From assembly GCA_965262725.1 (NCBI GenBank), contig OZ253555.1, positions 928,001-992,000 on the forward strand: DNA of 64,000 bases. Reading direction: 5' to 3'. Within the stretch, counting starts at the first letter, position 1, and the number at the start of each line of letters is the position of its first letter. The position numbers and the translations under genes are program-made. This stretch comes from Dehalococcoidia bacterium (lineage in GTDB: Bacteria > Chloroflexota > Dehalococcoidia > UBA2979). Below the pieces are notes generated by a model that was not told where the DNA came from, ran no database searches, and saw only the letters and a list, made by a program, of their open reading frames with translations. Positions 47,197 to 57,988 of the stretch are shown piece by piece.

Positions 47197-48618
47197 CTAC
47201 TCGTCGAGGTGCCACGCGCGCGGGCTGATCAGGCTCTCCGCCGCCGGCGGACCCCAGCTGCCCGCGGCGTAGTAGGTGACAGGCGGGAGATCGTTGATAA
47301 CGGGGTCGACGAGCTCCCACGCCCGCTTCACGCCGTCCGCGCGGAGGAAGAGCGTGCGGTCGCCGTCCATTGCGTCGTAGAGCAGCCGCTCGTAGGCCTC
47401 CTGCGGCTCGGTCATGAATGAGTCGCCGTAGGAGAAGGCCATCCGCACCGGCTCGGCGTACACGTCCGGTCCCGGCGGCTTCGCTACGAAGGAGAGGGTG
47501 ATCCCCTCCTCCGGCTGCAGGCGCAGCGTGAGGCGGTTGGGGCGGAGCGTGGAGACCCGCGTCGGCTCGAAGAAGCTGATCGGCGCGTCCCGGAACTGGA
47601 TGGTCACCTCCGAGACGCGGCGCGGCATCCTCTTCCCGGTGCGGATGAAGAACGGCACGCCCGCCCAGCGCCAGCTGTCGATCCGCAGGCGCGCCGCCGC
47701 GAAGGACTCGGTCCGGGAGTCGGGAGCGACTCCCTCCTCCTCCCGGTAGCCGGGAATCGGCTCGCCGTCGATCACGCCGCGCGTGTACTGGCCGAGCACG
47801 ACGTCTGTCGCGTCGATGGGGACGATCGCGTGGAGCGCCTTCACCTTCTCGTCGCGGATCGCCTCCGCCTCGAAGGAGGTTGGGGGCTCCATCGTCAGGA
47901 GCGAGACGACCTGCAGCACGTGGTTCTGCAGGATGTCGCGAAACGCACCGACCTGCTCGTAGGTGGAGCCCCGTCCCTCGAGTCCTATGGACTCGCCGAC
48001 GGTGATCTGCACGTGGTCGATGGCGTCCCGGTTCCACAGCCGCTCGAAGATCGCGTTGCCGAAGCGGAAGACCAGGATGTTCTGGACGGTCTCCTTACCC
48101 AGGTAGTGGTCGATGCGGTAGATCTGATCCTCGTCGAGGTAGCGTCGGAGCTCGGCGTCGAGCTCCGACGCCGAGCGCAGGTCGTAGCCGAACGGCTTCT
48201 CGATGACGACCCGCCCGCCCCGGGTGAGACCGTGCTCGGCGAGCTCGCCCGCGGTCTCGGCGAAGACGGAGGGAGGTGTCGCGAGGTAGATGAGCCGTCG
48301 CTCCTGCTCGCTACGATCCGCCACGCCGGCGAGGCCGTGCTCCCTGGCGCAGACGAAGCGCAGCCGCCGAGCGAGCGGCTCCCACACCGACTCGTCGAAG
48401 TGTCGGCGCGAGTGCTCGCGGACGGCCTCCCGGGCGTGCCGCCGGAAGTCATCGTCGGAGAGCTGGCCGCGGGCGTAGCCGATCACGGCGCCCTCGTCGG
48501 GGAGAAGGCCGTCCAGCGCCAGGTTGTAGAGCGCCGGCAGCAGCTTGCGCCGCGCGAGGTCGCCGGTCGCGCCCACCAGCACGATGTCCTGCGGCTCGGC
48601 CGCCTCCATCCCCCTCAT
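47197..48618 (-). CDS. zwf: Glucose-6-phosphate 1-dehydrogenase
   Basis: GATGDLARRKLLPALY, IEKPFG, YRIDHYLGKETVQN, WAGVPFFIRTGKR, AYERLL. Confidence 0.96.
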   Translation of the reverse strand: MRGMEAAEPQDIVLVGATGDLARRKLLPALYNLALDGLLPDEGAVIGYARGQLSDDDFRRHAREAVREHSRRHFDESVWEPLARRLRFVCAREHGLAGVADRSEQERRLIYLATPPSVFAETAGELAEHGLTRGGRVVIEKPFGYDLRSASELDAELRRYLDEDQIYRIDHYLGKETVQNILVFRFGNAIFERLWNRDAIDHVQITVGESIGLEGRGSTYEQVGAFRDILQNHVLQVVSLLTMEPPTSFEAEAIRDEKVKALHAIVPIDATDVVLGQYTRGVIDGEPIPGYREEEGVAPDSRTESFAAARLRIDSWRWAGVPFFIRTGKRMPRRVSEVTIQFRDAPISFFEPTRVSTLRPNRLTLRLQPEEGITLSFVAKPPGPDVYAEPVRMAFSYGDSFMTEPQEAYERLLYDAMDGDRTLFLRADGVKRAWELVDPVINDLPPVTYYAAGSWGPPAAESLISPRAWHLDE

Positions 48619-48660
48619 CGAGCCACCCTCCCCGAGCGGGCTCCCGGGATCCCGGGTCCC

Positions 48661-49566
48661 TCATCCGGCCGCCGACGATCCGCCTGGGGAGTCGCCCGCG
48701 GCGGACTGCACGGCGTGGCCTCCGAACTCCTGGCGAAGGGCCGCGATCAGCCGCAGCCCGAGGCCGTCCTCGTGACGGGAGTCGAATCGGGCGAAGAGGG
48801 AGTGCGCGATGCCCGTAGCCGGCACTTCCCGCTCCACGGCCTCCATGACCGTCCAGCGCCCCTCGCCAGAGTCCTCGACGAAGGGCCGCAGCCCAGTGAG
48901 ACCCGGATCGCGCGCGAGCGCCCGCTCGGCGAGCTCGAGGAGCCAGGAGCGCACCACGCTGCCGTGGTTCCAGAGGGAGGCGACCGCCCGCAGGTCGAGC
49001 GGCTCGTCGTAGGCGTCGAGGAGCTCGAAGCCCTCCGCGTAGGCCTGGAGCATCGCGTACTCGATGCCGTTGTGGATCATCTTCACGTAGTGGCCGGAGC
49101 CCACGGGGCCGACATGGAGATAGCCGCCCTCGGGCGCGAGGGCGGCGAACACCGGCTCGACCAGGGAGACGGCGTCCTCGGGTCCCCCGACCATCAGGCA
49201 GAAGCCCTCGGCAAGACCCCAGACGCCCCCCGAGGTGCCCGCGTCGAGGAGGCGCACGCCCCCCTCTGCGAGCATCCCCGAGCGGCGGACGGTGTCGCGG
49301 TAGTGGCTGTTGCCTCCCTCGACCACGACATCACCCGCGGAGAGCAGCGCCGCCAGGGCGCGAACGCTCTCCTCGGTCGGCTCGCCAGAGGGGACCATCA
49401 CCCAGACGACGCGCGGCGCAGCGAGCTCCGCCACCATCTCCTCCAGGGAGCCCGCGTCGGAGCTCTCGGGGTTGCGGTCGAAGCCGACGACCTCGTGCCC
49501 GGCGCGCCGGAGCCGCTCCCGGATGCCGGCGCCCATCCGCCCCAGGCCCACGAGCCCGATCTTCAT
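48661..49566 (-). CDS. gnd: 6-phosphogluconate dehydrogenase (decarboxylating, short type)
   Basis: MKIGLVGLGRMG, GGNS, DAGTSGG, GHYVKMIHNGIEY, DSGEGRWT, LRQEFGGHAV. Confidence 0.94.
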   Translation of the reverse strand: MKIGLVGLGRMGAGIRERLRRAGHEVVGFDRNPESSDAGSLEEMVAELAAPRVVWVMVPSGEPTEESVRALAALLSAGDVVVEGGNSHYRDTVRRSGMLAEGGVRLLDAGTSGGVWGLAEGFCLMVGGPEDAVSLVEPVFAALAPEGGYLHVGPVGSGHYVKMIHNGIEYAMLQAYAEGFELLDAYDEPLDLRAVASLWNHGSVVRSWLLELAERALARDPGLTGLRPFVEDSGEGRWTVMEAVEREVPATGIAHSLFARFDSRHEDGLGLRLIAALRQEFGGHAVQSAAGDSPGGSSAAG

Positions 49567-49621
49567 GGTGCCCTCCCTCGTTGGCGCGGCGGTCGGCGGC
49601 GCGCCGGACCCCGCTGTCGAG

Positions 49622-52291
49622 CTAGGTTGCGAGCGCTTCGAGCTCCTCGGCACTGACGCGGGCGACGCGCCGGCCACGCGCCCTCAGCGCCGCGAGGTCG
49701 CCGGCCGCCTGCGCTTGCTTCAGCGTGCCGAAGTCGTACGCGGCGCCGGGGATCGGAAGCGTCACGGGATCCTCGCCGACGAGTTGCAGGTAGACGCCGC
49801 CCGGCGGGCCCCCCTTGTGAAGCTGCCCCGTCGAGTGCAGGAAGCGCGGTCCGTAGCCGACGGTCGTCGCGACCCGGTGGCGATCACGGAGCGCGGCGCG
49901 GACGGCCTGAAGCCAGCGATCGTTCTCTGAGGTGCGCGGCACGTAGGCGAGGATCGCCACGTAGTCGCCGGGTGAGAGCGTCTCGAGCACCTCCTGCGCG
50001 CGTGGCGTTGCGAGGTCGACCGCCTCGCCGGCGAGGACCCTCGCCGTCCGGTCCTTCGCCTCCTGGACGTTCGGCTGATCGAAGGGGTGGATGCCGAGCA
50101 CGTGCCCCGCGACGGCGGTCGCGACCTCCCAGCGGAAGAACTCGGCGCCGAGCTGCTCGGGCGGTGCGTGCGGGAGCCGGATGACGGGATGACCCGCCTC
50201 CTGCAGGGCGTCGAGCGCCGACGCGGTGCCGGCGGGCTCGCCGATTGCCACGAAGAGCCGATCGTTCCCGTAGCTCTCCGGCGGGCCCAGGGCCTCGCCC
50301 TCGACGGGGAGGATGCCCCTCCCCTCCTTCCCGGTGGACTCGGCGAGGAGCTGCTCGATCCAGCTCCCGAGGCTCGCGATCTCCTCGGGGAGCACGAGCG
50401 TGAGCTTGTCGAGGCCGGCCGCCTCAGCCTCGCCGAGCACGGCACCGAGCCAGGCGCCGGGGTTGTCGCGGGCGGGCACGCAGGTGTGGCAGGCGCGGCG
50501 CATGGAGGCGGCTGCCTCGAGCACCGCCCCGACCGGGACCCCCGCCAGCGCGGCCGGGAGCAGCCCGAAGTAGGAGAGCGCCGAGTAACGCCCGCCGATG
50601 TCGGGCGGGTTCTCGAAGACGCGGCGGAAGCCCCGCTCCCCGGCGAGCGCCGCGAGCGGGCTCCCCGGGTCGGTGATCGCGATGAAGTGCCGGCCGGCGC
50701 CGCCCGGAAGCTCGCGCTCAACCCGCTCCCAGAAGAACTCAAGCTGGGAGCGCGTCTCGATGGTGCTGCCGGACTTGCTCGCGGCGATGAAGAGCGTACG
50801 TCCCGGGGGGAGGCGCTCCGCCGCCTCCGCGATCGCCAGCGGGTCGGTGGTGTCGAGGACAACGAGCTCGAGGCCGTCGGGCGTCGCTCCGAATGAGCTC
50901 GCCATCACCTCGGGCGCCAGGCTCGATCCCCCCATCCCCATCAGCACCGCCGTGCGGTAGCCGGCGTCGGCGACCTGCCGCGCGAAGCCCTCGATCTCGC
51001 CGGCGCGGCCGCGCATCTCCTCGTCGACGGTGAGCCAGCCGAGGCGGTCCGAGATCTCGCCGGGATCCTCGGCCCACAGCGTGTGGTCGTGAGCCCAGAG
51101 CCGGCGCACCACCTCCCCCTCGGCGAGCGCCGCGATACGCCGCGAGACCCGGGGCGCGAGCGCGCCGAGCGCGCTCCCGTCGTTGCGGCTGCGGGGGTCG
51201 TTCAGCGTCGCGATGGAGGCGTCGATGCAGTCGAGCAGGGAGCGGAAGTCGGCGGCGAAGGAGTTGAGCCCCTCTGCGAGCAGCTCGTCGGTGGCGCGCC
51301 CGACGTCGATGCCGGCGCCGGCGAGGCGCGCCATCATCTCGTGCGCCTCCGCCATTGCGCGCTCGTCGATGCCGCCCGCGGGGTTCCCGTGGTCGGCGAA
51401 CGCGAGGAGCGTGGGCTCCGGCATCGTGTTGACGGTGTCGGCGGCGACCAGCTCGTCGACGTAGAGCACATCGGAATAGGCCGGGTGCTTCGTGCTTGTC
51501 GAGGCCCAGAGCGGGCGCTGCACGCGCGCCCCGGCGGCGGCGAGCCGCTCCCAGCGCGGTCCGCTGAAGTGCGCCAGGAAGCGCTCGTAGGCGATGCGGG
51601 CGTTCGCGACGGCGGCGCTCCCGGCGAGCTCCGATCCCCCGGGGAGCCAGCCGTCCACCTTGCTGTCGACCCGCGAGACGAAGAAGGAGGCGACCGAGGC
51701 GAGGTCGCCGAGCGGCAGCCCCTGCTCGAGTCGGTGCTCGAGCCCCTCGATGTAGGCCTCGGCGACGCGCTCGTAGACGCCGACGCCAAAGAGGAGCGTG
51801 ACGTTGACGCTGGCGCCCTGCGCCGTGAGCTCGCGCAGCGCCTCGACGCCCGCGGCGGTGCCGGGCACCTTGATCATCACGTTGGGGCGCCCGACGGCCT
51901 CGCGCAGCCGGTGTGCCTCGCGCACGGTCGCCTCGGCGTCGTTCTCGATGCCGGGCGGCGCCTCGAAGGAGACGTAGCCGTCGGCGCCCTCCGTCTCCTC
52001 GTAGACGGCGCGGAAGATGTCGGCGGCGCGGCGCAGGTCGTCGCTGGCGATGCGCACGAAGGCGTCGTAGCCGCTCCCGGTGCTCTCGGCGGCGGCGTCG
52101 CGAAGCGCGTCGTCGTAGTGGGCCGAGCCCGAGATCGCGCGGTTGAAGATCGTCGGATTGGAGGTGAGGCCGGTGATCCAGCCCTCGCTCACGTAGCGCT
52201 CGAGCTGGCCCGATTCGAGCATCCCGCGGTGGATGAAGTCGAGCCAGACGCTCTGTCCGCGCTCGCGCAGCCTCCCGATCGTCTCCGGCAT
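49622..52291 (-). CDS. tal-pgi: Bifunctional transaldolase / phosphoglucose isomerase
   Basis: N-part GQSVWLD, TSNPTIF, NVMIKVP, SFFVSRVD, QRPLWASTS; C-part GMGGSSL, SKSGSTIET, GGRYSALS, EQLLAESTGK, PFDQPNVQEAK. Start MPETIG at 52291. Confidence 0.93.
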   Translation of the reverse strand: MPETIGRLRERGQSVWLDFIHRGMLESGQLERYVSEGWITGLTSNPTIFNRAISGSAHYDDALRDAAAESTGSGYDAFVRIASDDLRRAADIFRAVYEETEGADGYVSFEAPPGIENDAEATVREAHRLREAVGRPNVMIKVPGTAAGVEALRELTAQGASVNVTLLFGVGVYERVAEAYIEGLEHRLEQGLPLGDLASVASFFVSRVDSKVDGWLPGGSELAGSAAVANARIAYERFLAHFSGPRWERLAAAGARVQRPLWASTSTKHPAYSDVLYVDELVAADTVNTMPEPTLLAFADHGNPAGGIDERAMAEAHEMMARLAGAGIDVGRATDELLAEGLNSFAADFRSLLDCIDASIATLNDPRSRNDGSALGALAPRVSRRIAALAEGEVVRRLWAHDHTLWAEDPGEISDRLGWLTVDEEMRGRAGEIEGFARQVADAGYRTAVLMGMGGSSLAPEVMASSFGATPDGLELVVLDTTDPLAIAEAAERLPPGRTLFIAASKSGSTIETRSQLEFFWERVERELPGGAGRHFIAITDPGSPLAALAGERGFRRVFENPPDIGGRYSALSYFGLLPAALAGVPVGAVLEAAASMRRACHTCVPARDNPGAWLGAVLGEAEAAGLDKLTLVLPEEIASLGSWIEQLLAESTGKEGRGILPVEGEALGPPESYGNDRLFVAIGEPAGTASALDALQEAGHPVIRLPHAPPEQLGAEFFRWEVATAVAGHVLGIHPFDQPNVQEAKDRTARVLAGEAVDLATPRAQEVLETLSPGDYVAILAYVPRTSENDRWLQAVRAALRDRHRVATTVGYGPRFLHSTGQLHKGGPPGGVYLQLVGEDPVTLPIPGAAYDFGTLKQAQAAGDLAALRARGRRVARVSAEELEALAT

Positions 52292-52332
52292 AGCGTCTCC
52301 CGTCTCGCCCCCGGCGGATCGCGTCCCGGAAT

Positions 52333-54363
52333 CTATCTCGTGGCCGCCGCCTCCCGCTCGACGAGCCGGGCGGCGCGTCGAGCCACCTCCTCGGCCGTGA
52401 ACCCGAACTGCTCGAAGAGCACCGGCCCCGGTGCGGAGGCGCCGAAACGGTCGAGACCCATTGCCTCGCCGCGGTCGCCGACGTAGCGGTGCCACCCCAT
52501 CGTCGCGGCGGCCTCGATGGAGAGGCGCGCGCGGACGGCGGAGGGGATGACCTGCTCCCGGTAGGAGGCCGGCTGCTCGTCGAAGAGCTCCCAGCTCGGC
52601 ATGCTGACGACGCGTGCGCCCATGCCGCGCTCGGCGAGCAGGTCGCGCGCCGAGCACGCGAGCGTGACCTCCGATCCCGTGGCGAGCAGCAGCACGTCGG
52701 GCGTTTCGCCCACGCTCTCCGGCGCGTCGTGGAGCACGTAGCCGCCTCGCGCCGCCCCGGCGTGCACGCGTTCGGCCGGGCCGAGCACCGGCAGCCCCTG
52801 CCGCGAGAGCGCGAGGGCGGCCGGCGCGCCCCGCTCGATGGCGAGGCGCCAGCACGCAGCCGCCTCGTTCGCGTCGGCCGGCCGGTAGACGGTGAGCCCG
52901 GGCATCGCGCGCAGCGAGGCGAGGTGCTCCACAGGCTGATGCGTGGGGCCGTCCTCACCCAGTCCGATGGAGTCGTGCGTGAAGACGAAGATCGCGTGCA
53001 GCCGCTGCAACGCCGCGAGGCGCAGTGCGGGGCGCATGTAGTCGGAGAAGATCAGGAAGGTCGCGCCGAACGGCAGCACGCCGCCGTGGAGCGCCATCCC
53101 GTTCACGACGTTGCCCATCGCGTGCTCGCGCACGCCGAAGCGCATGTTGCGCCCACCGGGCAACTCGGCCGCGTGGTCGTCGTACCCGTCGAGGTAGGTG
53201 TTGGTCGAGGGCGCGAGATCGGCGGAGCCGCCGATGAGCGTCGGCAGCATCCCCGCGATCGCGTTGAGCACGCGCCCCGAGGCGGCGCGGGTCGCGAGCG
53301 GCCGCTCCCCGGGCTCGAAGGAGGGGATCGCCTCCTCCCACCCCGCGGGGAGCTCGCCATCGAGGGTCGCGCGGAACTCCGCCGCGAGCCCGGGGTGCGC
53401 GCGCCCGTAGTCCCCGAGCAGGGCCCGCCACGCCGCCTCCTGAGCGCGCCCGCGCTCGCGGGCGCTCCCCATCTCGGCGCGCACCGCCTCCGGCACGTGG
53501 AAGGCGGGCTCCTCCGGCCAGCCGAGGGCACGCTTGGAGAGGCGGACCTCCTCCTCGCCGAGGGGTGCGCCGTGAGCGCTCGCGGTGCCGGCCTTGTTCG
53601 GGCTGCCGTGGGCGATGGTCGTCGTGACGATGATGAGGGAGGGCTTCCCCTCCTCGGCGCGCGCGCGCGGAATCGCCGCTGCGATCGCGTCGAGGTCGGT
53701 GCCGTCCGGGACCTCGTCGACGTCCCAGCCGTAGGCGCGGAAGCGCGCGGCGACATCCTCGCGGAAGGCGAGGTCGGTGTCCCCCTCGATCGAGATCCCG
53801 TTGTCGTCGTAGAGGTAGACGATGCGCCCCAGACCGAGTGTTCCCGCGAGCGAGGCGGCCTCCGATGCGACGCCCTCCATCAGATCGCCGTCGGAGACGA
53901 TGCCGTAGACGCCGTGGTCGACCACCGGGAAGCCCGGGCGGTTGTAGCGCGCCGCCAGGAAGCGCCCGGCGACGGCCATCCCCACCCCCATCGCGAAGCC
54001 CGCGCCGAGCGGCCCGGTGGTGAGCTCCACCCCCGGCGTGTCGTTGCGCTCAGGATGGCCCGGCGTGCGGCTCTCCCACTGCCGGAAGCGCTCGATCTCC
54101 GCGAGCGGGAGGTCGTAGCCCGTGAGGTGCAGCAGCGAGTAGAGGAGCATCGAGGCGTGGCCGGCGGAGAGCACGAATCGGTCGCGGTCCGGCCAGTCGG
54201 GGTTCTCGGGGTTGTGCCGGAGGAAGCGTGTCCAGAGCGCGTGCGCCATCGGCGCCGCGCCCATCGGCGCTCCCGGGTGGCCCGAGTTCGCCTTCTGCAC
54301 GGCGTCCATCGACAGCGTCCGGATCGTGTTGACGCCGAGCTCGTCGATGCTCCGGCTCGCCAT
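52333..54363 (-). CDS. tkt: Transketolase
   Basis: [52 protein letters not shown]. Start MASRSI at 54363; the track's upstream extension is a shadow of the M16 gene. Confidence 0.96.
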   Translation of the reverse strand: MASRSIDELGVNTIRTLSMDAVQKANSGHPGAPMGAAPMAHALWTRFLRHNPENPDWPDRDRFVLSAGHASMLLYSLLHLTGYDLPLAEIERFRQWESRTPGHPERNDTPGVELTTGPLGAGFAMGVGMAVAGRFLAARYNRPGFPVVDHGVYGIVSDGDLMEGVASEAASLAGTLGLGRIVYLYDDNGISIEGDTDLAFREDVAARFRAYGWDVDEVPDGTDLDAIAAAIPRARAEEGKPSLIIVTTTIAHGSPNKAGTASAHGAPLGEEEVRLSKRALGWPEEPAFHVPEAVRAEMGSARERGRAQEAAWRALLGDYGRAHPGLAAEFRATLDGELPAGWEEAIPSFEPGERPLATRAASGRVLNAIAGMLPTLIGGSADLAPSTNTYLDGYDDHAAELPGGRNMRFGVREHAMGNVVNGMALHGGVLPFGATFLIFSDYMRPALRLAALQRLHAIFVFTHDSIGLGEDGPTHQPVEHLASLRAMPGLTVYRPADANEAAACWRLAIERGAPAALALSRQGLPVLGPAERVHAGAARGGYVLHDAPESVGETPDVLLLATGSEVTLACSARDLLAERGMGARVVSMPSWELFDEQPASYREQVIPSAVRARLSIEAAATMGWHRYVGDRGEAMGLDRFGASAPGPVLFEQFGFTAEEVARRAARLVEREAAATR

Positions 54364-54552
54364 GCGCGCGTCCCCTCTCGTCGCCGCCGGTACATTCTGT
54401 GCCACCGGGTGCGAACAGCGCGAGCAGGACGGCGCTTCCGCGCAGGATCGCGCTCGTGCCGGTGGAGGCCCGGCGGGGGTGTCAGGCTGGCCGCGCGCGT
54501 AAGCTGGCGGCCAGGGAGCGCGTCCCGCTCCGGGCAGCTGCGAGGGGGAGCC

Positions 54553-55914
54553 GTGGCCGACGTGCCGGGAAGGGACTCGGGGAGCGCGTCGGGGCGGCTC
54601 GTGATTCCCTTCCGGGAGCGGCGCCTCTCCAACGGCCTGCGCGTTATCGTCTCGCCCGACGACTCGGCCCCCGTCGTCACGGTGGCCGTCTACTACAACG
54701 TCGGCTTCCGGCTGGAGCCGCGCGGCCGGACGGGCTTCGCCCACCTCTTCGAGCACCTCATGTTTCAGGGCTCGGAGCAGATGGCGAAGCTGGAGTTCAT
54801 CCGCATCGTCCAGCAGACGGGGGGTCTCCTGAACGGGACGACGCGCCCGGACTTCACCAACTACTTCGAGACGCTCCCCGCGCACGCGTTGGAGCTCGCT
54901 CTCTGGATGGAGGCGGACCGCATGCGCGGCCCCGTCATCACCCAGGCCGAGCTCGATAACCAGCGCGACGTGGTGAAGAACGAGATCCGGGTGAACGTCC
55001 TCAACCGCCCGTACGGCGGCTTTCCCTGGATCGATCTTGGAGAGCGGGCCTTTCGGAATTGGGCGAACGCCCACAACGGCTACGGCGATATGCAGGATCT
55101 CGACGCGGCGACGCTTGAGGACGTGCGCGACTTCTTCGCCCGCTACTATGCGCCAGCCAATGCTGTGCTGGTCATGGTGGGTGACCTCGACGCTCCGGAG
55201 GCCCTGAGCCTCGCCGAGCGTCACTTCGACTCGATCCCCTCGTCGGCCGCGCCCGCCGAGCCCGACATCGCCGAGCCGCGACGCCTGCAGGAGGAGCGTT
55301 TCCACACGGTCGACGCGCTTGCCCATCTCCCCGCCCTCGCGGTGGGCTACCACGTGCCGGAGCGGGGCACGCGCGAGTTCTTCGCCCTGGGCCTCCTCGA
55401 TCAGGTACTGCTCCAGGGCGACGACGCACTGCTGCGCCGCGAGCTCGTCCACGAGCGCGGCCTCACCGACGAGCTGCACGGCGGCATGAATCTTCTGGGG
55501 AACATGTACAACGGCCGCACGCCGATGCTCTGGGCGCCGTGGCTCATTCACGGGCAGGAGGCGAACGCGGAGACGGTGCTCGGCGCCATCGACCCGGTGA
55601 TCGAGCGTGTGAGGACGCATCCGCTGCCGGCGGGCGACTTCGAGCGGGCGCGGCTGAAGGCCCGCTCCGCCCTCTACGAGACGGCGGGCGGCGGCATGTT
55701 CCCCGGCCTCGGACGGGCTGACCTGCTCGCGAGCTCCGCGCTGATCGACGGCGACCCCGCCTGGGTGAATGGCGTCGAGGAGAGACTGGAGGAGCTGACC
55801 CCCGAGGTCGTTGTGCATGCGGCGCGGGAGTACCTCCGCCCCACCAACCGCACCGTGCTCGCCGTTGAGGCTGGAGCGGGCGCGGCGGCGTCCACTGCCG
55901 GCGGTGCGCCGTGA
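54553..55914 (+). CDS. M16 family zinc metallopeptidase, catalytic subunit
   Basis: [23 protein letters not shown] (HxxEH), [29 protein letters not shown]. Start GTG 54553 or 54601. Confidence 0.92.
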   Translation: MADVPGRDSGSASGRLVIPFRERRLSNGLRVIVSPDDSAPVVTVAVYYNVGFRLEPRGRTGFAHLFEHLMFQGSEQMAKLEFIRIVQQTGGLLNGTTRPDFTNYFETLPAHALELALWMEADRMRGPVITQAELDNQRDVVKNEIRVNVLNRPYGGFPWIDLGERAFRNWANAHNGYGDMQDLDAATLEDVRDFFARYYAPANAVLVMVGDLDAPEALSLAERHFDSIPSSAAPAEPDIAEPRRLQEERFHTVDALAHLPALAVGYHVPERGTREFFALGLLDQVLLQGDDALLRRELVHERGLTDELHGGMNLLGNMYNGRTPMLWAPWLIHGQEANAETVLGAIDPVIERVRTHPLPAGDFERARLKARSALYETAGGGMFPGLGRADLLASSALIDGDPAWVNGVEERLEELTPEVVVHAAREYLRPTNRTVLAVEAGAGAAASTAGGAP

Positions 55915-57269
55915 GCGGTCAGGGCCGCCCCGTCGTCGGCCGCCCCCCCGCCTGGCGGCTCGCGCCGCGCGAGGAGATCGAGCTCGCGGGGGGGCTCGGC
56001 GTGACGCTGGTACCGGTCGGCGCGGTGCCGAAGGCGACGCTGAGGCTCGTGACCGGCGCTGGGGCCGCGCTCGAGGCGCCGGGTGAGACCTGGCTCTCCA
56101 GGCTCCTAGCGCGTTACCTGAAGGAGGGCACCGCTGCCCGCGACGCCGCGGCCCTCGCCGACCATGTCGCCGGCCTCGGTGGCGAACTCGACGTCGACGC
56201 CGACGACGACAGCCTCTGGCTGGAAGTGCGCGTCCTCTCTGAGTTCGCGCCGGAGGCGGTGGAGCTGCTCGCGGAGGTCGTGCGCACGCCGGCCCTGCCG
56301 GAGGAGGCGCTGCCGAGGCTGCGCGCCGACCTCGGCCGGCAGCTCGAACTCGCCCGCTCCGAGCCCGGCTGGCTCACCCTCGAGCGCTTCCGCGGCGCAC
56401 TCTACGGCGCCCACCCCTACGGTCGCGTACTCGCCGACGCCGCGGAGATCGAGTCCTTCTCCCTTGCGTCCGTGCGCGCCTTCCTCGAGCGGGCGGTGGG
56501 GGCGGCGGGGAGCCGCCTCTACGTGGCGGGGAGCTTCGACGCTGAGGCAGTGGGCAGGGCGGCCTCCCGAGCACTCGGCGGCTGGGAGACGCCCCCGGCG
56601 GCGAAGGCTCCGGCTCCGGCTCCGGTCTCCGGACGGATGATTCACCTCGGCGACCGCCCCGGTGCCCCGCAGTCGACGATCCAGATCGGCCTCCCAGTGC
56701 CCGGCCCCGCGCACCCCGACTTCGTGCCGCTGATGGTTGCCGATGCGCTGCTGGGGGGCTCCTTCATGTCGCGGATCACGACCAACATCCGCGAGCAGAA
56801 GGGCTACACCTACTCGCCGCGGAGCAGCATCGGCGCGCTCCGCGGCGGCTCCTACTGGCTTGAGACGGCCGACGTGACCACCGCCGTGACGGGAGCCTCG
56901 CTTCGCGAGATCGTCGCGGAAATCGAGCGCCTCGGCTCAGAGCCGCCGCCGGTTCCCGAGCTGGCCGGCATCCAGAACTACGTCGCCGGCGTGCAGCTGA
57001 TGCGCGGCGCCACCGCACCGGGGCTCCTGGGGGTGCTCTCGTTCCTGGATCTGCACGATCTCGGCGAGGAGTGGGCCCAGAGCTTCGTCGCGCGGGTGTA
57101 CGCGGTGACGCCGGAGGACGTCAGGCGAGTCGTCGCCGAGCACCTGCGCCCGGAGGCGATGGCGATTGCGGTCACCGGCGACGCCGAGCAGATCACGGAG
57201 CAGCTGGTCCCCTTCGGCCCCATCGCCGGTGCCGGGGAGGGCCCGGGCGGCTCGGGCCCCGGGGGCTGA
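55911..57269 (+). CDS. M16 family peptidase, non-catalytic partner subunit
   Basis: No HxxEH; HPYG and [22 protein letters not shown] (R/Y pair); GTGA-coupled to the catalytic subunit. Confidence 0.88.
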   Translation: MSGQGRPVVGRPPAWRLAPREEIELAGGLGVTLVPVGAVPKATLRLVTGAGAALEAPGETWLSRLLARYLKEGTAARDAAALADHVAGLGGELDVDADDDSLWLEVRVLSEFAPEAVELLAEVVRTPALPEEALPRLRADLGRQLELARSEPGWLTLERFRGALYGAHPYGRVLADAAEIESFSLASVRAFLERAVGAAGSRLYVAGSFDAEAVGRAASRALGGWETPPAAKAPAPAPVSGRMIHLGDRPGAPQSTIQIGLPVPGPAHPDFVPLMVADALLGGSFMSRITTNIREQKGYTYSPRSSIGALRGGSYWLETADVTTAVTGASLREIVAEIERLGSEPPPVPELAGIQNYVAGVQLMRGATAPGLLGVLSFLDLHDLGEEWAQSFVARVYAVTPEDVRRVVAEHLRPEAMAIAVTGDAEQITEQLVPFGPIAGAGEGPGGSGPGG

Positions 57270-57369
57270 CTTCGACCGCCGCGCCCGGCGAGCGGCGGTC
57301 GGCTATGGTGGCATCCCGCCGCGTGCACAGCGCCAGCGGGGACGGCCCCGGACGGATCGGGAGTGGACG

Positions 57370-57933
57370 ATGAGCGACGCCTCCAGGCCCCCGGCCGTCC
57401 CGCCGCGGCGCGAGAAGAGTGCCGACGAGCTCATCCAGGAGGCGATGCACGAACTCCCGTACGGGATCTACATCATCGGGTCGGTCCGCGACGGGGAGCC
57501 CAACGGCATGATCGCCGACTGGGTTATGCAGGTCTCGTTCCGGCCGCGGCTGCTCGCGGTCGCCTTTGAGCGCAGCTCCTACAGTCTGGCGAGCATCCGC
57601 GGCTGCCGCGCCTTCACGGTGAACCTCCTAGCGGAGGACGGGATGACCTTGGCGGCGCGCTTCCTCCAGCCGCGGCAGGGGGCGAAGATCCGGGGCCGCA
57701 GCGAGCAGGCACAGGCCCTCGTGCACCGCAAGCTGGACGGGGTCGAGTACACGGTCGATGGGCGGGGTTGCCCGCTGCTCGCGGATGCGCTCGCGGTCTA
57801 CGAGTGCGAGGCCGAGCAGTTCGTCGACGCCGGCGACCATGAGCTCGTCGTGGGCCGCGTGCTCGACGCGCGGCTGCTCCGCTCGGCGGATCCCCTGACG
57901 TCCGTCTACACGGGCTGGAGCTACTCCGGCTGA
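57370..57933 (+). CDS. Flavin reductase family protein
   Basis: LPYGIYIIGS, NGMIADWVMQVSFRP, FTVNLL, AGDHELVVGRV. Confidence 0.9.
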   Translation: MSDASRPPAVPPRREKSADELIQEAMHELPYGIYIIGSVRDGEPNGMIADWVMQVSFRPRLLAVAFERSSYSLASIRGCRAFTVNLLAEDGMTLAARFLQPRQGAKIRGRSEQAQALVHRKLDGVEYTVDGRGCPLLADALAVYECEAEQFVDAGDHELVVGRVLDARLLRSADPLTSVYTGWSYSG

Positions 57934-57936
57934 CGG

Positions 57937-57977
57937 CGCGCCCGCCGCGCCCCGGCGCCCCGGGCGCGGCGGGCGCG
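57937..57977. repeat. Perfect 16-bp GC-only inverted repeat (hairpin)
   Basis: CGCGCCCGCCGCGCCC(57937-52), 9-nt loop, GGGCGCGGCGGGCGCG(57962-77); intergenic, no U-tract. Confidence 0.8.
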
Positions 57978-57988
57978 GCACGGAGGTC

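Noticed and set aside
52333-55914. Two >1100-aa overlapping antiparallel ORFs (52333..55818 - and 52489..55914 +) that look like giant fusions
   Set aside because: They are tkt and the M16 peptidase, each extended by the stop-free antisense shadow of the other. Family motifs begin only at 54363 and ~54553.
57931-57977. TGA followed by a strong hairpin with a loop at +19, a possible fourth SECIS
   Set aside because: The flavin reductase ends naturally at GWSYSG. Read-through gives Arg/Pro-rich sequence overlapping the next gene, with no Cys/Sec-type context.
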